DNA of 41,771 nt from NCBI GenBank assembly GCA_051532035.1, contig JAOPTW010000086.1:1-41771 (forward strand). Reading direction: 5' to 3'. The DNA is from Fibrobacterales bacterium (GTDB lineage Bacteria; Fibrobacterota; Fibrobacteria; Fibrobacterales; JAOPTW01). Below are positions 1 to 10,016 of this stretch, piece after piece (position 1 is the stretch's first letter; each line of letters begins with the position of its first letter). The position numbers and the translations under genes are program-made. The notes below the pieces were generated by a model. The model worked only from the letters and a program-made list of their open reading frames with translations, searched no databases and was not told the DNA's origin.

Positions 1-1
1 C

Positions 2-2764
2 ATGGAGTTATCTATTAGTGAAGCATTGAAGAATACAATCCTTGATGAATATAGATCATCTCATAATATGAGAGCAGTAATACCAGGCGGAGTATTTTAT
101 ACTAATGACAATGTTTATTATGAGCCCGATAGCAGAGAGATATGGTTCCATTTGGAACAAGGTGATAATTTTGAAATATTTTCAGCTTGGTACCAACCCA
201 TTGAAGGAAAAGTCACCATTGAATTTGATGGCGAAATTAAAATGGATTCACTCTATGCAATGTCTGGCACCTTAAGAGTAGGAACTTCAAATACAAATAA
301 TGTTATAATACCATTTGCTAATCCAAGTACTGAACATGCGCATTTGTGTGGAACGGAACCGAATAGCTATGAGCAAGAGTGTACTACTACTATTGATATA
401 TATATCAGTCCTGAACAGAAAAAATCAATAACTGAACTGGGAGACCAAAATAACCTATTAATTGCAATGAATGATGGCGCATTTTATAGTCGAAATAGTA
501 ATCCATTGGTTAATGCACAGTTTGAAAATAAGATACGAATCTATTTTGGAACTGATGGTGGAGAAAATTGGGTTCAATCGGCAACTATTAGTCCTAATGA
601 TGGTCGGATTGTACTCAATATGGATAGGGAAATTAGCTCACTCTACGACATAACCCTTGATGAATCAAATAGTAGTGGGACACAACTTTTTATGGTTATG
701 GTGGTTGATGTCAAGGGAGTTGATAATCAGTATAGCAATAATAGTGAAGGTGGTGATCTTCCACCAGAGAGTGATCCACGTGTATTGTATATCTCAAAGG
801 CTCAAAATGGTGTTCAACTATTAGGCAATCAAATTATCATAACACTCAACCAAGAAAACAGAACTAAGGTTCAAAATTGGCGTGGTGATTATCGATACGC
901 TCTTGATTATGGCGATATAGGATTTATGGTTGGCCCTGAAACTATGACGAGTACAGCCGGTGAAGTGGGTGGGGGTTTTGAAAACAGTATTGAGGTGCTA
1001 CCATTTGATGATGTAGAAGGAAGTGGTGTTGAGGGCTCTTCTGTACCAGCACCTCAAGTTAAGGTAGTAACCAATGAAGGTTTGAGTTACTTTGAATGTA
1101 CTGGAGACACCACATGGATTGTAACAGTATATCCTAACGCCATACGAAATGACTGTATTGTAGGGCAAAGAGTTTATTTAGAAAAAGGGGCTACCTATCG
1201 GGTTGTTGCACAAGATAGTGAGGGAACTCCTAGTGATGCGGTAACTCAATCAAGTGTAGGTAGACCGACCCCAGATGTCCGAATTGATACAACAGGAACT
1301 GCCCTCCTCATTGGGTTTATTTCTGAAAATGTTGATGATATAGACAATGCGACATTTAGCTACAGTATTCGTGTTGGTGATAGTGTTGTTGTGAGCGATA
1401 CTGCCTATACAAGTTGGGGCTACCAATTCTTTGGAGATAACGGCCAAACCTATATTGTAGAAGCTAAAATGGAGAGCCTAGAGAAAGGTGAACCAGGTTT
1501 TATAAATCAATTTTCAATAACAGATACTATGACGCTTGTTGCTCCGAGTATGCTATTGGTTAAAGCAAATGAATGGAATATGCTCTCCTTTGGAGGTGTT
1601 CCATTTGAGGTTGCTCAACTAACTGATAGTGAAACACTTTTTAAATGGGATGATAATAAAATTGAAGACCTTCTTTTTAGTAAGTACTTGTCTAAGGATG
1701 CACTTGATTATATTGAACCTGCTCAAGCTTGCTGGTACCTATCAGAAATAGATAGAGAAATAGAATTAAAATACTCAACTGAAATTGTGTCAACAGCGTT
1801 AAGTAATGGCGATGAAGGCTGGAATCAAGTTGCCAATCCTTATAGTTTTAATATTGTTACCAAGGCATTTGGGGGAGACATGGAATTTTTCAAATGGAAT
1901 GGGAGTCAGTATTACAAAGTTAATTACCTCAAGCCTGGTGAGGGTTATCTAACCTATGTTGCTTCGGATCAAATCATTACTATTAATAAAGATGTTGCAT
2001 GGGAAACTGAAGAACTGTATTCGCTACAGACATATAAGAAGTCAGTGGCTAATGAACAAGACTGGGAGTTAATGATAACCCTTGTGAGCGAGGATGGGTC
2101 ACTCCAAGATCAATATAATGTTATTGGTGTTAAGCCTATGGCGAGTAATGGTATCGATGTATTAGACAAATATGAGTTACCGAGTACTATGGATGATGCT
2201 GTAGTTTTCTCAGTTTTAGAAGGCGATAAAGTATTGAGGACTAACTATAAAGAACCGATAGAAGAACTTGGGTTATGGAAAGTATCTGTCGGAACTACGA
2301 GTAAAAGAACGTCGAGTGGTACACTTTCTTTTGAGGGTATTGATGATGTGCGGAGTTTAGGATATTCGGTATATCTTACAGATGGTAGAGTACAAACTGA
2401 AGTTGTTGGAGCTACTATACCAGTATCATTAAATCAAAATAAAGAGTATGGAATTATTGTTGCCAAGAGTGGAGTAATAGCACATACTCAAGGGGGGAGT
2501 GCTGGAGTCTTTAATTATCCTAACCCAGTAAGAGGCTATACAAAAATAAGTCTGCGAGGGATCTACTCTTTAGGAGACGAGGCAACACTGAAGGTAATTG
2601 ATGTATCTGGTTCAGTGGTCTATACTGCGGTCTATAATACTGATTCAGAAATTATTTGGAATGCCGAATCAAATAATGGGTCTCCAGTAGAGACTGGTAT
2701 GTACTATTACGAACTCCAGACTGGAGGGTCATCATACTCAAATGTCATGATGATTACACAATAG
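2..2764 (+). CDS. Large secreted/surface protein with T9SS type A (FlgD-Ig/Por secretion tail)-like C-terminal domain; 5'-truncated by the window edge
   Basis: 920 aa ORF open from the window start with no signal peptide. It aligns by eye over its whole length with the C-terminal ~910 aa of 2999..9286. It carries GWNQVANPY and YLKPGEGY motifs and a terminal FNYPNP...LKVIDVSGSVV...IIWNA...GSPVETGMYYY motif. Confidence 0.75.
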   Translation: MELSISEALKNTILDEYRSSHNMRAVIPGGVFYTNDNVYYEPDSREIWFHLEQGDNFEIFSAWYQPIEGKVTIEFDGEIKMDSLYAMSGTLRVGTSNTNNVIIPFANPSTEHAHLCGTEPNSYEQECTTTIDIYISPEQKKSITELGDQNNLLIAMNDGAFYSRNSNPLVNAQFENKIRIYFGTDGGENWVQSATISPNDGRIVLNMDREISSLYDITLDESNSSGTQLFMVMVVDVKGVDNQYSNNSEGGDLPPESDPRVLYISKAQNGVQLLGNQIIITLNQENRTKVQNWRGDYRYALDYGDIGFMVGPETMTSTAGEVGGGFENSIEVLPFDDVEGSGVEGSSVPAPQVKVVTNEGLSYFECTGDTTWIVTVYPNAIRNDCIVGQRVYLEKGATYRVVAQDSEGTPSDAVTQSSVGRPTPDVRIDTTGTALLIGFISENVDDIDNATFSYSIRVGDSVVVSDTAYTSWGYQFFGDNGQTYIVEAKMESLEKGEPGFINQFSITDTMTLVAPSMLLVKANEWNMLSFGGVPFEVAQLTDSETLFKWDDNKIEDLLFSKYLSKDALDYIEPAQACWYLSEIDREIELKYSTEIVSTALSNGDEGWNQVANPYSFNIVTKAFGGDMEFFKWNGSQYYKVNYLKPGEGYLTYVASDQIITINKDVAWETEELYSLQTYKKSVANEQDWELMITLVSEDGSLQDQYNVIGVKPMASNGIDVLDKYELPSTMDDAVVFSVLEGDKVLRTNYKEPIEELGLWKVSVGTTSKRTSSGTLSFEGIDDVRSLGYSVYLTDGRVQTEVVGATIPVSLNQNKEYGIIVAKSGVIAHTQGGSAGVFNYPNPVRGYTKISLRGIYSLGDEATLKVIDVSGSVVYTAVYNTDSEIIWNAESNNGSPVETGMYYYELQTGGSSYSNVMMITQ

Positions 2765-2789
2765 TTAACTACATTTGGGCCTTATACGA

Positions 2790-2819
2790 GCTGACATTCA
2801 CGGGTGTCAGCCCTATTTT
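2790..2819 (+). terminator. Possible weak intrinsic terminator after the first surface-protein gene
   Basis: GCTGACA-ttcacggg-TGTCAGC stem 26 nt after the stop codon, followed by a poor U tract (cctatttt). Confidence 0.4.
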
Positions 2820-2998
2820 GAGGGTCAAATAGATCAAACTTCAAATAGAGTTCAAATTATAGATTGTGAGTAGAACTTTTTTCCTAGAAAAGTGATACAC
2901 TCTTTAGAATGTGATGGATAATACATTTTAGAAGTTTGAACTTGAGAGTAGCTTATTATTAACCTATTCTAAAGAGAGACAGTAGTTGGGGGTCGTTA

Positions 2999-5900
2999 AT
3001 GAAAAAGTATGCTATTCTAGTAATTGTTTTTTTAATTCAATCAGTTTATGCTCAAAATATTTTAGTTCCTCGTTATGCAGATGGGGATAGTTCTGATGTG
3101 CGCACGATATATCGAGGCACTACTGTCACTATGTTACTTGAGACTCAAGCTTTAAACTATAAGTTTGACTGGGATAATAGCAACCCAATTCAAGCTGTAC
3201 TTGAAGATTCATCAGCTTCACATCCTGATATTTCTATAACTATTAATTTAGTTGATTACTGTTTGGGCGGGTCCGATTGTATGAATATTACATTCACGGT
3301 TCCCGATAGTGTGCGTTATGGTGAGTGGCGCTTCAAAGTTATAGGAACCACTGATCCTAATATACGATACTACCCAATAGCAGTTGTAGAAAAGCCTCTT
3401 GTTGTTTTTAACTATCAGACTGACTCACTCTGGTTTGAAGCAATAGCTACACCTTTACAAGGGCAGATGGGGTATTTTGATCTGCCGGTTAAACATGTAG
3501 ATAATAATGAATTAGTAACGAGTGGAATTATTGATGGCTGGGAAAGTTTAGATTTTTTGTCGGGAAATATTTGGCTTGTCCCTACAGCGCAAGCTACTAA
3601 TAATCCAAAAGTGGAAATTAAACATGGTAGTAAAATGTTTATAGATATACCAAGAAATAATACTATACAGATTGAGCCTGGTCCTTCTTATCAATTCCAG
3701 AAGCTATATGAAGCATTTGATATACCTGTTAATATAATTAATTCCCCCCATTTTATTACAAAGGCTGAAGTAGAGCCGGTTGATTCACTAATCACCATTT
3801 ACTTTTCAGAGAAGATCGATACTGCCTACTATTCAAGTGGGCCGTTGACTCTTCGTAACGGAACAGAGTCTTATTCAATTTCTAATATTCAGGATCGAAT
3901 TATTTACATAGGAGATTCGACTCAGATAGTGATTCAGATGCCTCAAATGGTGCAAGGTCTTAGTCCTTCCACATGGTACTTAGAACTTGACTCTCTTGCA
4001 TTTAAAACGTATCCAATTTCGGGAGCTACTTCTGTATATAATGCAGAAGTAAAGTATGAAGATAACTTTTCTGTTGATACAGTATATAGAAATACAACCC
4101 AACTAACAAGTGCACACATCTCACGAAATATGTATATCCTAAATATGCTTTGGGATGCCCCTGTTGTATTTGATAGTCTACAAGGGGCGCGTTTGGTAGC
4201 AAGAGATTCGGTTGGTGTTGCTCAAAAGTATATTGATCTAAATACAAACTTATATAATAGTACTGATCCCAGCCTTCCTTATGTTGGTGATAGTGTTCCA
4301 ATTTATATATCTACTATGGAGGTTGACTCTGTAATAAATTGGGAAAAAGAAGGTTATCAGGTGAGTGTGAGCATTCCCTATGGGCAATATAGAGACTCCT
4401 TAACAAATAGTTTGATATCTGCAAAAGAAGTGCCAGTAGTAATTATTGATGATGGTTTCTATGTATATGAAAATGATAGTCTTGAATTTGTAAATAGTCA
4501 ATCTCCAGGTTTTGTAGAAGTGGATTTTGATGGATATTTGGGAGATCCAAAGAATTATACCCTGACGGCTTTATTGGATAGTAATGGTGTCATTAATGCT
4601 TCAGATGTTTACTTTTATTGGACAGGGGTATCGTGGATGATGCGGATTGAAAATATGCCTGATGCTGGAATAGTTAATCTTGCTATTCGAATAACTTCCC
4701 CTATTGATGGAACTATTAAAGAATTTAATCTCTATTTTAATATCAGAAATGAAATATTGCCCCCGCTTATTTTATTAGATTCAAGACTTACGTTTGATAG
4801 TATTCTCAAGACCAATATAATTACGTATCAGTACAGTCAGGTTGTTAAAGGTAATCATTTAGATGTGTCTCTGAAGGCTTATAATAATGAATACCTTGGC
4901 GTTCGCTATGATAGTTTGCAGTTGATGTCACTTCAATTGTTGATAGATTCATCAAAAGTTGTTGCATTAGGACTAACTCCAACACAATTAAACACAATAA
5001 ATAATTGGTTTGTAAATGGGTATACTGTTATCACTGAAATAAATAGAGGGTTTGTTACATCTCTCGAGTCAGGTATAGAGACGAAAGAGGACATTATCCA
5101 GCTGCTAACTGAAGACTCACTCTATAGGGATCCTAAACTACTAGGGTCACATATTTTACAATTACCAGTTACTTCTTTAACAGGTATGTTGGATTTTGAG
5201 CTTTTCTTTCAATATACACATTTAGATAGTTTTTTATATAAACCAATAGTATATGATTCCAGTTTTGTAGTATTCGATGATTCCATAGTTTCCCCATATA
5301 AAAATACAGAAATTCCGTATACTCTTACAGGAGTAATTGGACAAACGGCAATCAAACTTGTAGGGGGAGACTACAACAGCTATACCGTTGATACCCTCGA
5401 CATCTCCCTAGAAATTTACGATCCCTATCTCTCTAGCGCATACACTCTTTTAGCTCCATCAATTGGAATTTTAGAAAGTAACAAAGACACGGTTTTTACT
5501 GTAAGTGTCGATACTAAATACCCTCTTACTGACCTTGACCTTATGGTAGTTAGTACCAATGGGCTTATTCCCGCAGTAAATATGATAATTTCTAAATCAG
5601 GATATCGAACCTGGGATGTGTCACTTACTCCTCTTGTGAGTGGGGAGGAAGTCCTTGTTTTTGAACTTAGGCATCCCGTAGATGGTGCCTACGCAAGCAT
5701 CACACAAACAATCACAATAGCACCCCAACAAACGGGGTTTACCATTGACTCTGTACCTCCTACTATGGGGTATTATGATATTCGTGATGTGGTGATATCT
5801 TTAAATCCAGAGTTTAGCCTAGTATTGGATCTCTCCGACACAGGTAACTTATTCACCAGTAATTCTATAGAGCTGAGCTCAATTGATTCAACAAGTTGGA

Positions 5901-8900
5901 ACTTACATATTGACCCTGAAATGGATGAAGTTGGAAGTCTCATTGCTCTGTTAAATGTTGTAGATACAAATGGAACTTTTATTGAACAGTATTCAGTCAC
6001 CACCTCTGTGGATTTTATGGAGTCAATTACCGTTGAACCTTTTGACTCATTTCTCCATCCGGGTCAAACACGGTTAATCACGGTAATTACACAGCCAAGT
6101 TTAAGACTCACAGCAGAGACTGGTGAAGTGAATGTTCTTCCCAGTAGTTCTATTGGCATTACGAAAAAAGATGATACCCACTGGATAGTTTCAGTGACTC
6201 CTGTATACGGTCAGTGGGGTGTGGGTGATGTAGTAATTCGTGCGTATGATGACGCAGATTTTGAGGTCGAAACAAAAAGTGTAATTGTTGAGGTCTCTGA
6301 CGAGGGAACAGGGGACCCTCTCTATGAGCCATGCATTGGTTTTTGTGTCGAGAATGTCCAGTTCCAATATAATTCGTTTAATAGTAGGCTGAGTCTCTAC
6401 TTTAACGATACCCCATCTATTGAGAAAAATGGCACTATTCAATTAACTTCATTTATTTACCATAGCGAAAATGATAGTGCACCAAAAATAGGTGACCAAT
6501 ATGCACTCCCCATTAATACATCATCTACCATAGTAGGCAATAGTATCGAACTGACTCTTTCAGAGGATCAAAAAAGAGCAATTCAAAGTCTTGACCTTAA
6601 TAGTGACGGTGTAAGTGTGGCGGTAACTGCAGAGTCTGTAAAAGGTGTTACTCTTGGCATGGGTAATAGTGGAAGATCTATTCCAATGCATGTTGTTAAA
6701 GGACCAAAATTTCAAATGTATGGCGCCCAATATCTCCCTTATGAAAAAGAAATACAGCTTACATTTGATGAGTCCATAGAAGATGCCTTTTCTATAGCGG
6801 GATCCGTTATAAGGGTTGGCGTTGGCTCACCTCCTTCCACAACACTCGAAATTGTTATTGATGAGTATAGAATTGGTAGTGAGGATTGTACTGAGAATTG
6901 TGATAAATCATCTCAAATTTCGATACAGCTCAGTGATTTAGATTGGAATGCTTTTGAGGCTCTTGCGAAGAACTCAATAAACAACCTCTATATAAATATT
7001 CCAAATGGAACATTTACTGATGTATCAAATCAAGCTATTGAAGAGTCTACATTTAATGAAAATATTCCTCTAAGTTTTGGTGTTGGCTTTGGGAGTAACT
7101 GGATTGAAAATGCTGTTGTCGACGTGGTTAATGGAATTGTCGAGGTAACTCTGAATAAAACTTTAGAGAGCTATCAAGATAAAGTCTTAGATGCTGGGAA
7201 TAGCATAATATCAACTCTTATGATTCTCGGAGTATCCGATACACAATTTGATACTATAAATGGTTTTCCATTAATAAGTCAGCCCAATGTTGTGTATGTG
7301 GGGAGTGCTTCTGACACAGTGACATATGATGCTTCACTCGGGAAAATATTTGTATCGCTGAGTGATGAAAGTAAGACGAAAATTGTTTCGTGGAATAGTC
7401 TCTATGGGGCAGCATTGGGAGGTAAGGCTGTTGTCTACGTGCCTCACGGTGCTTTAGTTGCTCAATCGACTGTTACAAACCCAGAGCTTACTGCACTCCT
7501 TTCAGTTGGAACGGTAACAATTCCTGTTGAAGGTAATACTATTCCTATTCCCGACATAACTATTGTAACAGGAGAGGGGGTTGATTATTTTATTATGAAA
7601 GGTAATTGGAAGGTATTTATAACAGAGTCTGCGACTGCGGTGAACCCTACTGCTTCAGTTGAAGAAAACGTTGATGTCGGTGATCGTATATACTTACAGG
7701 CAGGTAAGTTCTACCATGTTGTTGCCGTTGAGGACGCACAGTACTCACAAGAGCAATTTATTGATGCATCACATTATGCATCACTCGATGTATCGGTAGA
7801 ACAATCGGGGACAGCCTATAGGGTCTCTTTTGTTACTCGTGACAATATAAAAATTCGCAACGCAACATTTGGTATGACTATACAACGCCCTCATACTCTT
7901 GATGAGGATACTCTTCGAGGTATCAAAGATGCCCATGTTACTTCATTTGGATATGATGGAGATACTATTGTAGTCGAAGCATATCTCGAGTCTCTTGAAA
8001 AAGGAGACTCAGCCTTTGTTGCATCGTTTAGAGAGAGTAAAACTTTTGTATTAGAGTTGCCAATGGTTAAAACGACTGTTGCTGCTTCAGTTTGGAATAT
8101 GGTGTCATTTGGTTCATCTGCAAAAATACTCAATGATTTTACATCTGGGGTAACGATCTATTGGTGGGATGACTCTAAATTACTCGACCTGTTATTTGGA
8201 CGATATCGTTCTGTAGAAGAACTTTCAACAATAAAGCCCGGTCAATCGATATGGCTCCATTCTGAAGTGTCACAAAGCATCAGTCAGGTTTTTGATACTA
8301 CCGAGGTGAGTCTTGAGCTTATCGCGGGAGAAGATGGATGGAATCAACTTGCAAACCCTTATGGGTTTAATATCTCAGTAGACGCCTATGGTGATAGAGA
8401 GTTCTTTAAATGGAATGGTGTGAGTTATAGTAAAGTAAACTACTTAAAGCCAGGTGAAGGATATTGGGCGACGGTTGGTCAAAGCGAAGTGATTACCATA
8501 GAGCGTCTTCCGGTGTGGAATGATGCACTCCCTGAAAAAAATAGTGAGATCACTTTTAAGAAAGGAATCATGTCTCGTCAATCATGGGAACTTGGTGTCG
8601 CACTCTCATTAAATAATCATGGAGTAGTTGACCAGAATAATAGCATTGGGGTAAATCCATTGGCAGAAAATAGCATTGACTATCTGGATAAAAGAGAGCT
8701 TCCTCAAAACATGAGTAACATTCCTTCGATTTCAATGTTAATTGAAGGTAAACGATACCGAAATGAACTTAAAAAACCAATTGATGGTGCTGCGGAATGG
8801 TCTCTTCAGGTTGATGTGCCAGATGGTAAAGAAGGAATGGCACAACTACATCTAGATGGGTATGCATCATTAAAAAATATGGGCTACTCACTCTATCTTG

Positions 8901-9286
8901 TTGATGGAACCAATGCACAGGAGCTTGTGTCAAGCGAAACAGAGCTCTTGTTAAAAGGTTCGACTCAGTATCGGTTGATTGTTAGTGAGAATACCTTAAG
9001 CACACATCATTTAATACGAGTACCAACACTCTTTAACTATCCAAATCCAGTGAGAGAAGCAACAACAATTATGGTACAAGACCTTACCATGCCAGGTAAG
9101 ACTATGGAATTTAAAGTAATGGCTGTTGATGGTAGCGTCGTGTATGAAGAAGTATACTCTTTTCAGGCCTCCTTTACTTGGAATGCTGTCAACATGAGTG
9201 GTGTACCACTAAAAAGTGGTCTTTATTTTTATAGTGTTAGAACAGGTGCTCATTTTGTCCAGAGTACGCTCCTTGTTATGGAATAG
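2999..9286 (+). CDS. 2095 aa secreted multi-Ig-domain surface protein with T9SS type A-like sorting domain
   Basis: Sec signal peptide MKKYAILVIVFLIQSVYA-Q; beta-rich internal repeats; GWNQLANPY motif; C-terminal FNYPNPVREATTI...FKVMAVDGSVV...FTWNA...GVPLKSGLYFY. Confidence 0.8.
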   Translation: MKKYAILVIVFLIQSVYAQNILVPRYADGDSSDVRTIYRGTTVTMLLETQALNYKFDWDNSNPIQAVLEDSSASHPDISITINLVDYCLGGSDCMNITFTVPDSVRYGEWRFKVIGTTDPNIRYYPIAVVEKPLVVFNYQTDSLWFEAIATPLQGQMGYFDLPVKHVDNNELVTSGIIDGWESLDFLSGNIWLVPTAQATNNPKVEIKHGSKMFIDIPRNNTIQIEPGPSYQFQKLYEAFDIPVNIINSPHFITKAEVEPVDSLITIYFSEKIDTAYYSSGPLTLRNGTESYSISNIQDRIIYIGDSTQIVIQMPQMVQGLSPSTWYLELDSLAFKTYPISGATSVYNAEVKYEDNFSVDTVYRNTTQLTSAHISRNMYILNMLWDAPVVFDSLQGARLVARDSVGVAQKYIDLNTNLYNSTDPSLPYVGDSVPIYISTMEVDSVINWEKEGYQVSVSIPYGQYRDSLTNSLISAKEVPVVIIDDGFYVYENDSLEFVNSQSPGFVEVDFDGYLGDPKNYTLTALLDSNGVINASDVYFYWTGVSWMMRIENMPDAGIVNLAIRITSPIDGTIKEFNLYFNIRNEILPPLILLDSRLTFDSILKTNIITYQYSQVVKGNHLDVSLKAYNNEYLGVRYDSLQLMSLQLLIDSSKVVALGLTPTQLNTINNWFVNGYTVITEINRGFVTSLESGIETKEDIIQLLTEDSLYRDPKLLGSHILQLPVTSLTGMLDFELFFQYTHLDSFLYKPIVYDSSFVVFDDSIVSPYKNTEIPYTLTGVIGQTAIKLVGGDYNSYTVDTLDISLEIYDPYLSSAYTLLAPSIGILESNKDTVFTVSVDTKYPLTDLDLMVVSTNGLIPAVNMIISKSGYRTWDVSLTPLVSGEEVLVFELRHPVDGAYASITQTITIAPQQTGFTIDSVPPTMGYYDIRDVVISLNPEFSLVLDLSDTGNLFTSNSIELSSIDSTSWNLHIDPEMDEVGSLIALLNVVDTNGTFIEQYSVTTSVDFMESITVEPFDSFLHPGQTRLITVITQPSLRLTAETGEVNVLPSSSIGITKKDDTHWIVSVTPVYGQWGVGDVVIRAYDDADFEVETKSVIVEVSDEGTGDPLYEPCIGFCVENVQFQYNSFNSRLSLYFNDTPSIEKNGTIQLTSFIYHSENDSAPKIGDQYALPINTSSTIVGNSIELTLSEDQKRAIQSLDLNSDGVSVAVTAESVKGVTLGMGNSGRSIPMHVVKGPKFQMYGAQYLPYEKEIQLTFDESIEDAFSIAGSVIRVGVGSPPSTTLEIVIDEYRIGSEDCTENCDKSSQISIQLSDLDWNAFEALAKNSINNLYINIPNGTFTDVSNQAIEESTFNENIPLSFGVGFGSNWIENAVVDVVNGIVEVTLNKTLESYQDKVLDAGNSIISTLMILGVSDTQFDTINGFPLISQPNVVYVGSASDTVTYDASLGKIFVSLSDESKTKIVSWNSLYGAALGGKAVVYVPHGALVAQSTVTNPELTALLSVGTVTIPVEGNTIPIPDITIVTGEGVDYFIMKGNWKVFITESATAVNPTASVEENVDVGDRIYLQAGKFYHVVAVEDAQYSQEQFIDASHYASLDVSVEQSGTAYRVSFVTRDNIKIRNATFGMTIQRPHTLDEDTLRGIKDAHVTSFGYDGDTIVVEAYLESLEKGDSAFVASFRESKTFVLELPMVKTTVAASVWNMVSFGSSAKILNDFTSGVTIYWWDDSKLLDLLFGRYRSVEELSTIKPGQSIWLHSEVSQSISQVFDTTEVSLELIAGEDGWNQLANPYGFNISVDAYGDREFFKWNGVSYSKVNYLKPGEGYWATVGQSEVITIERLPVWNDALPEKNSEITFKKGIMSRQSWELGVALSLNNHGVVDQNNSIGVNPLAENSIDYLDKRELPQNMSNIPSISMLIEGKRYRNELKKPIDGAAEWSLQVDVPDGKEGMAQLHLDGYASLKNMGYSLYLVDGTNAQELVSSETELLLKGSTQYRLIVSENTLSTHHLIRVPTLFNYPNPVREATTIMVQDLTMPGKTMEFKVMAVDGSVVYEEVYSFQASFTWNAVNMSGVPLKSGLYFYSVRTGAHFVQSTLLVME

Positions 9287-9287
9287 T

Positions 9288-10016
9288 ATGAAGAAAATAA
9301 TCAAAAAGGTGCATCATGCAATAGCTCTGTGTGATGCATTGCTATTTGGCGATCAATGTAACTATTGCTCAGAGAGAAAACGTAAGAGACATCTCATGTG
9401 TGATATGTGCATTCAAAAGCTTTCATTGTACTCAGAAATGGAATTTAAATCTCAGCTTCAGAGTAGTGATACTGATCTCTTTTCCCTTTTTCCTATGACA
9501 GAATTAACCAAAAAAGTTGTTTATGATATCAAGTATAATCAACTCCCATCTCTTGCAACTCTGCTATTGAAAGATATCCCAAGTAACTATTTTCATGCGA
9601 TTGATTCACACGCACTATTGGTTCCAGTTCCATTGCACACTACAAGGATGAGAGAACGAGGTTATAATCAGGCAGAAGTGATTGCTCAAGGTGTCGCTAA
9701 AAGAACAGGGGCTACGGTAGTACCTCGAGCCCTAAAAAAGAAACATCATACTGGGAGTCAAACAAAATTAGGGAAAGTGAAGCGACAGGAAAATATGCAA
9801 GACGTATTTAGTCTTACAAGAGGGATATCAATAAAGGGCAAAAATGTAGTGGTGATCGATGATGTCTATACTACAGGCGCTACAACTCAATCCTGTATAG
9901 AGGCCTTAGAGAAAGGGAATCCTGCAAGTATTTCTATCTTTACTCTTATTCGTGCAGATATGCAAGAAGGAAGTGACTTTGTGAAAGAGTTGCAGCTACA
10001 CAATAATACATTATGA
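9288..10016 (+). CDS. comF: ComF family competence protein (double zinc ribbon + phosphoribosyltransferase domain)
   Basis: CNYC...CDMC ribbon, LVPVPLH..R.RERGYNQA and VVVIDDVYTTGAT PRPP-binding motif. Start moved to the ATG at 9288, 1 nt after the upstream stop. Confidence 0.9.
   Translation: MKKIIKKVHHAIALCDALLFGDQCNYCSERKRKRHLMCDMCIQKLSLYSEMEFKSQLQSSDTDLFSLFPMTELTKKVVYDIKYNQLPSLATLLLKDIPSNYFHAIDSHALLVPVPLHTTRMRERGYNQAEVIAQGVAKRTGATVVPRALKKKHHTGSQTKLGKVKRQENMQDVFSLTRGISIKGKNVVVIDDVYTTGATTQSCIEALEKGNPASISIFTLIRADMQEGSDFVKELQLHNNTL

Noticed and set aside
9216..9287. Upstream in-frame extensions in the ORF track (comF 9216, SPOR 14733, rimO 15608, gltB 30726, GH-like 40103, receiver-like 40518)
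   Set aside because: They overlap neighbouring genes or terminators, or lack an RBS; downstream starts fit better with RBS position, gene spacing or family N-termini.
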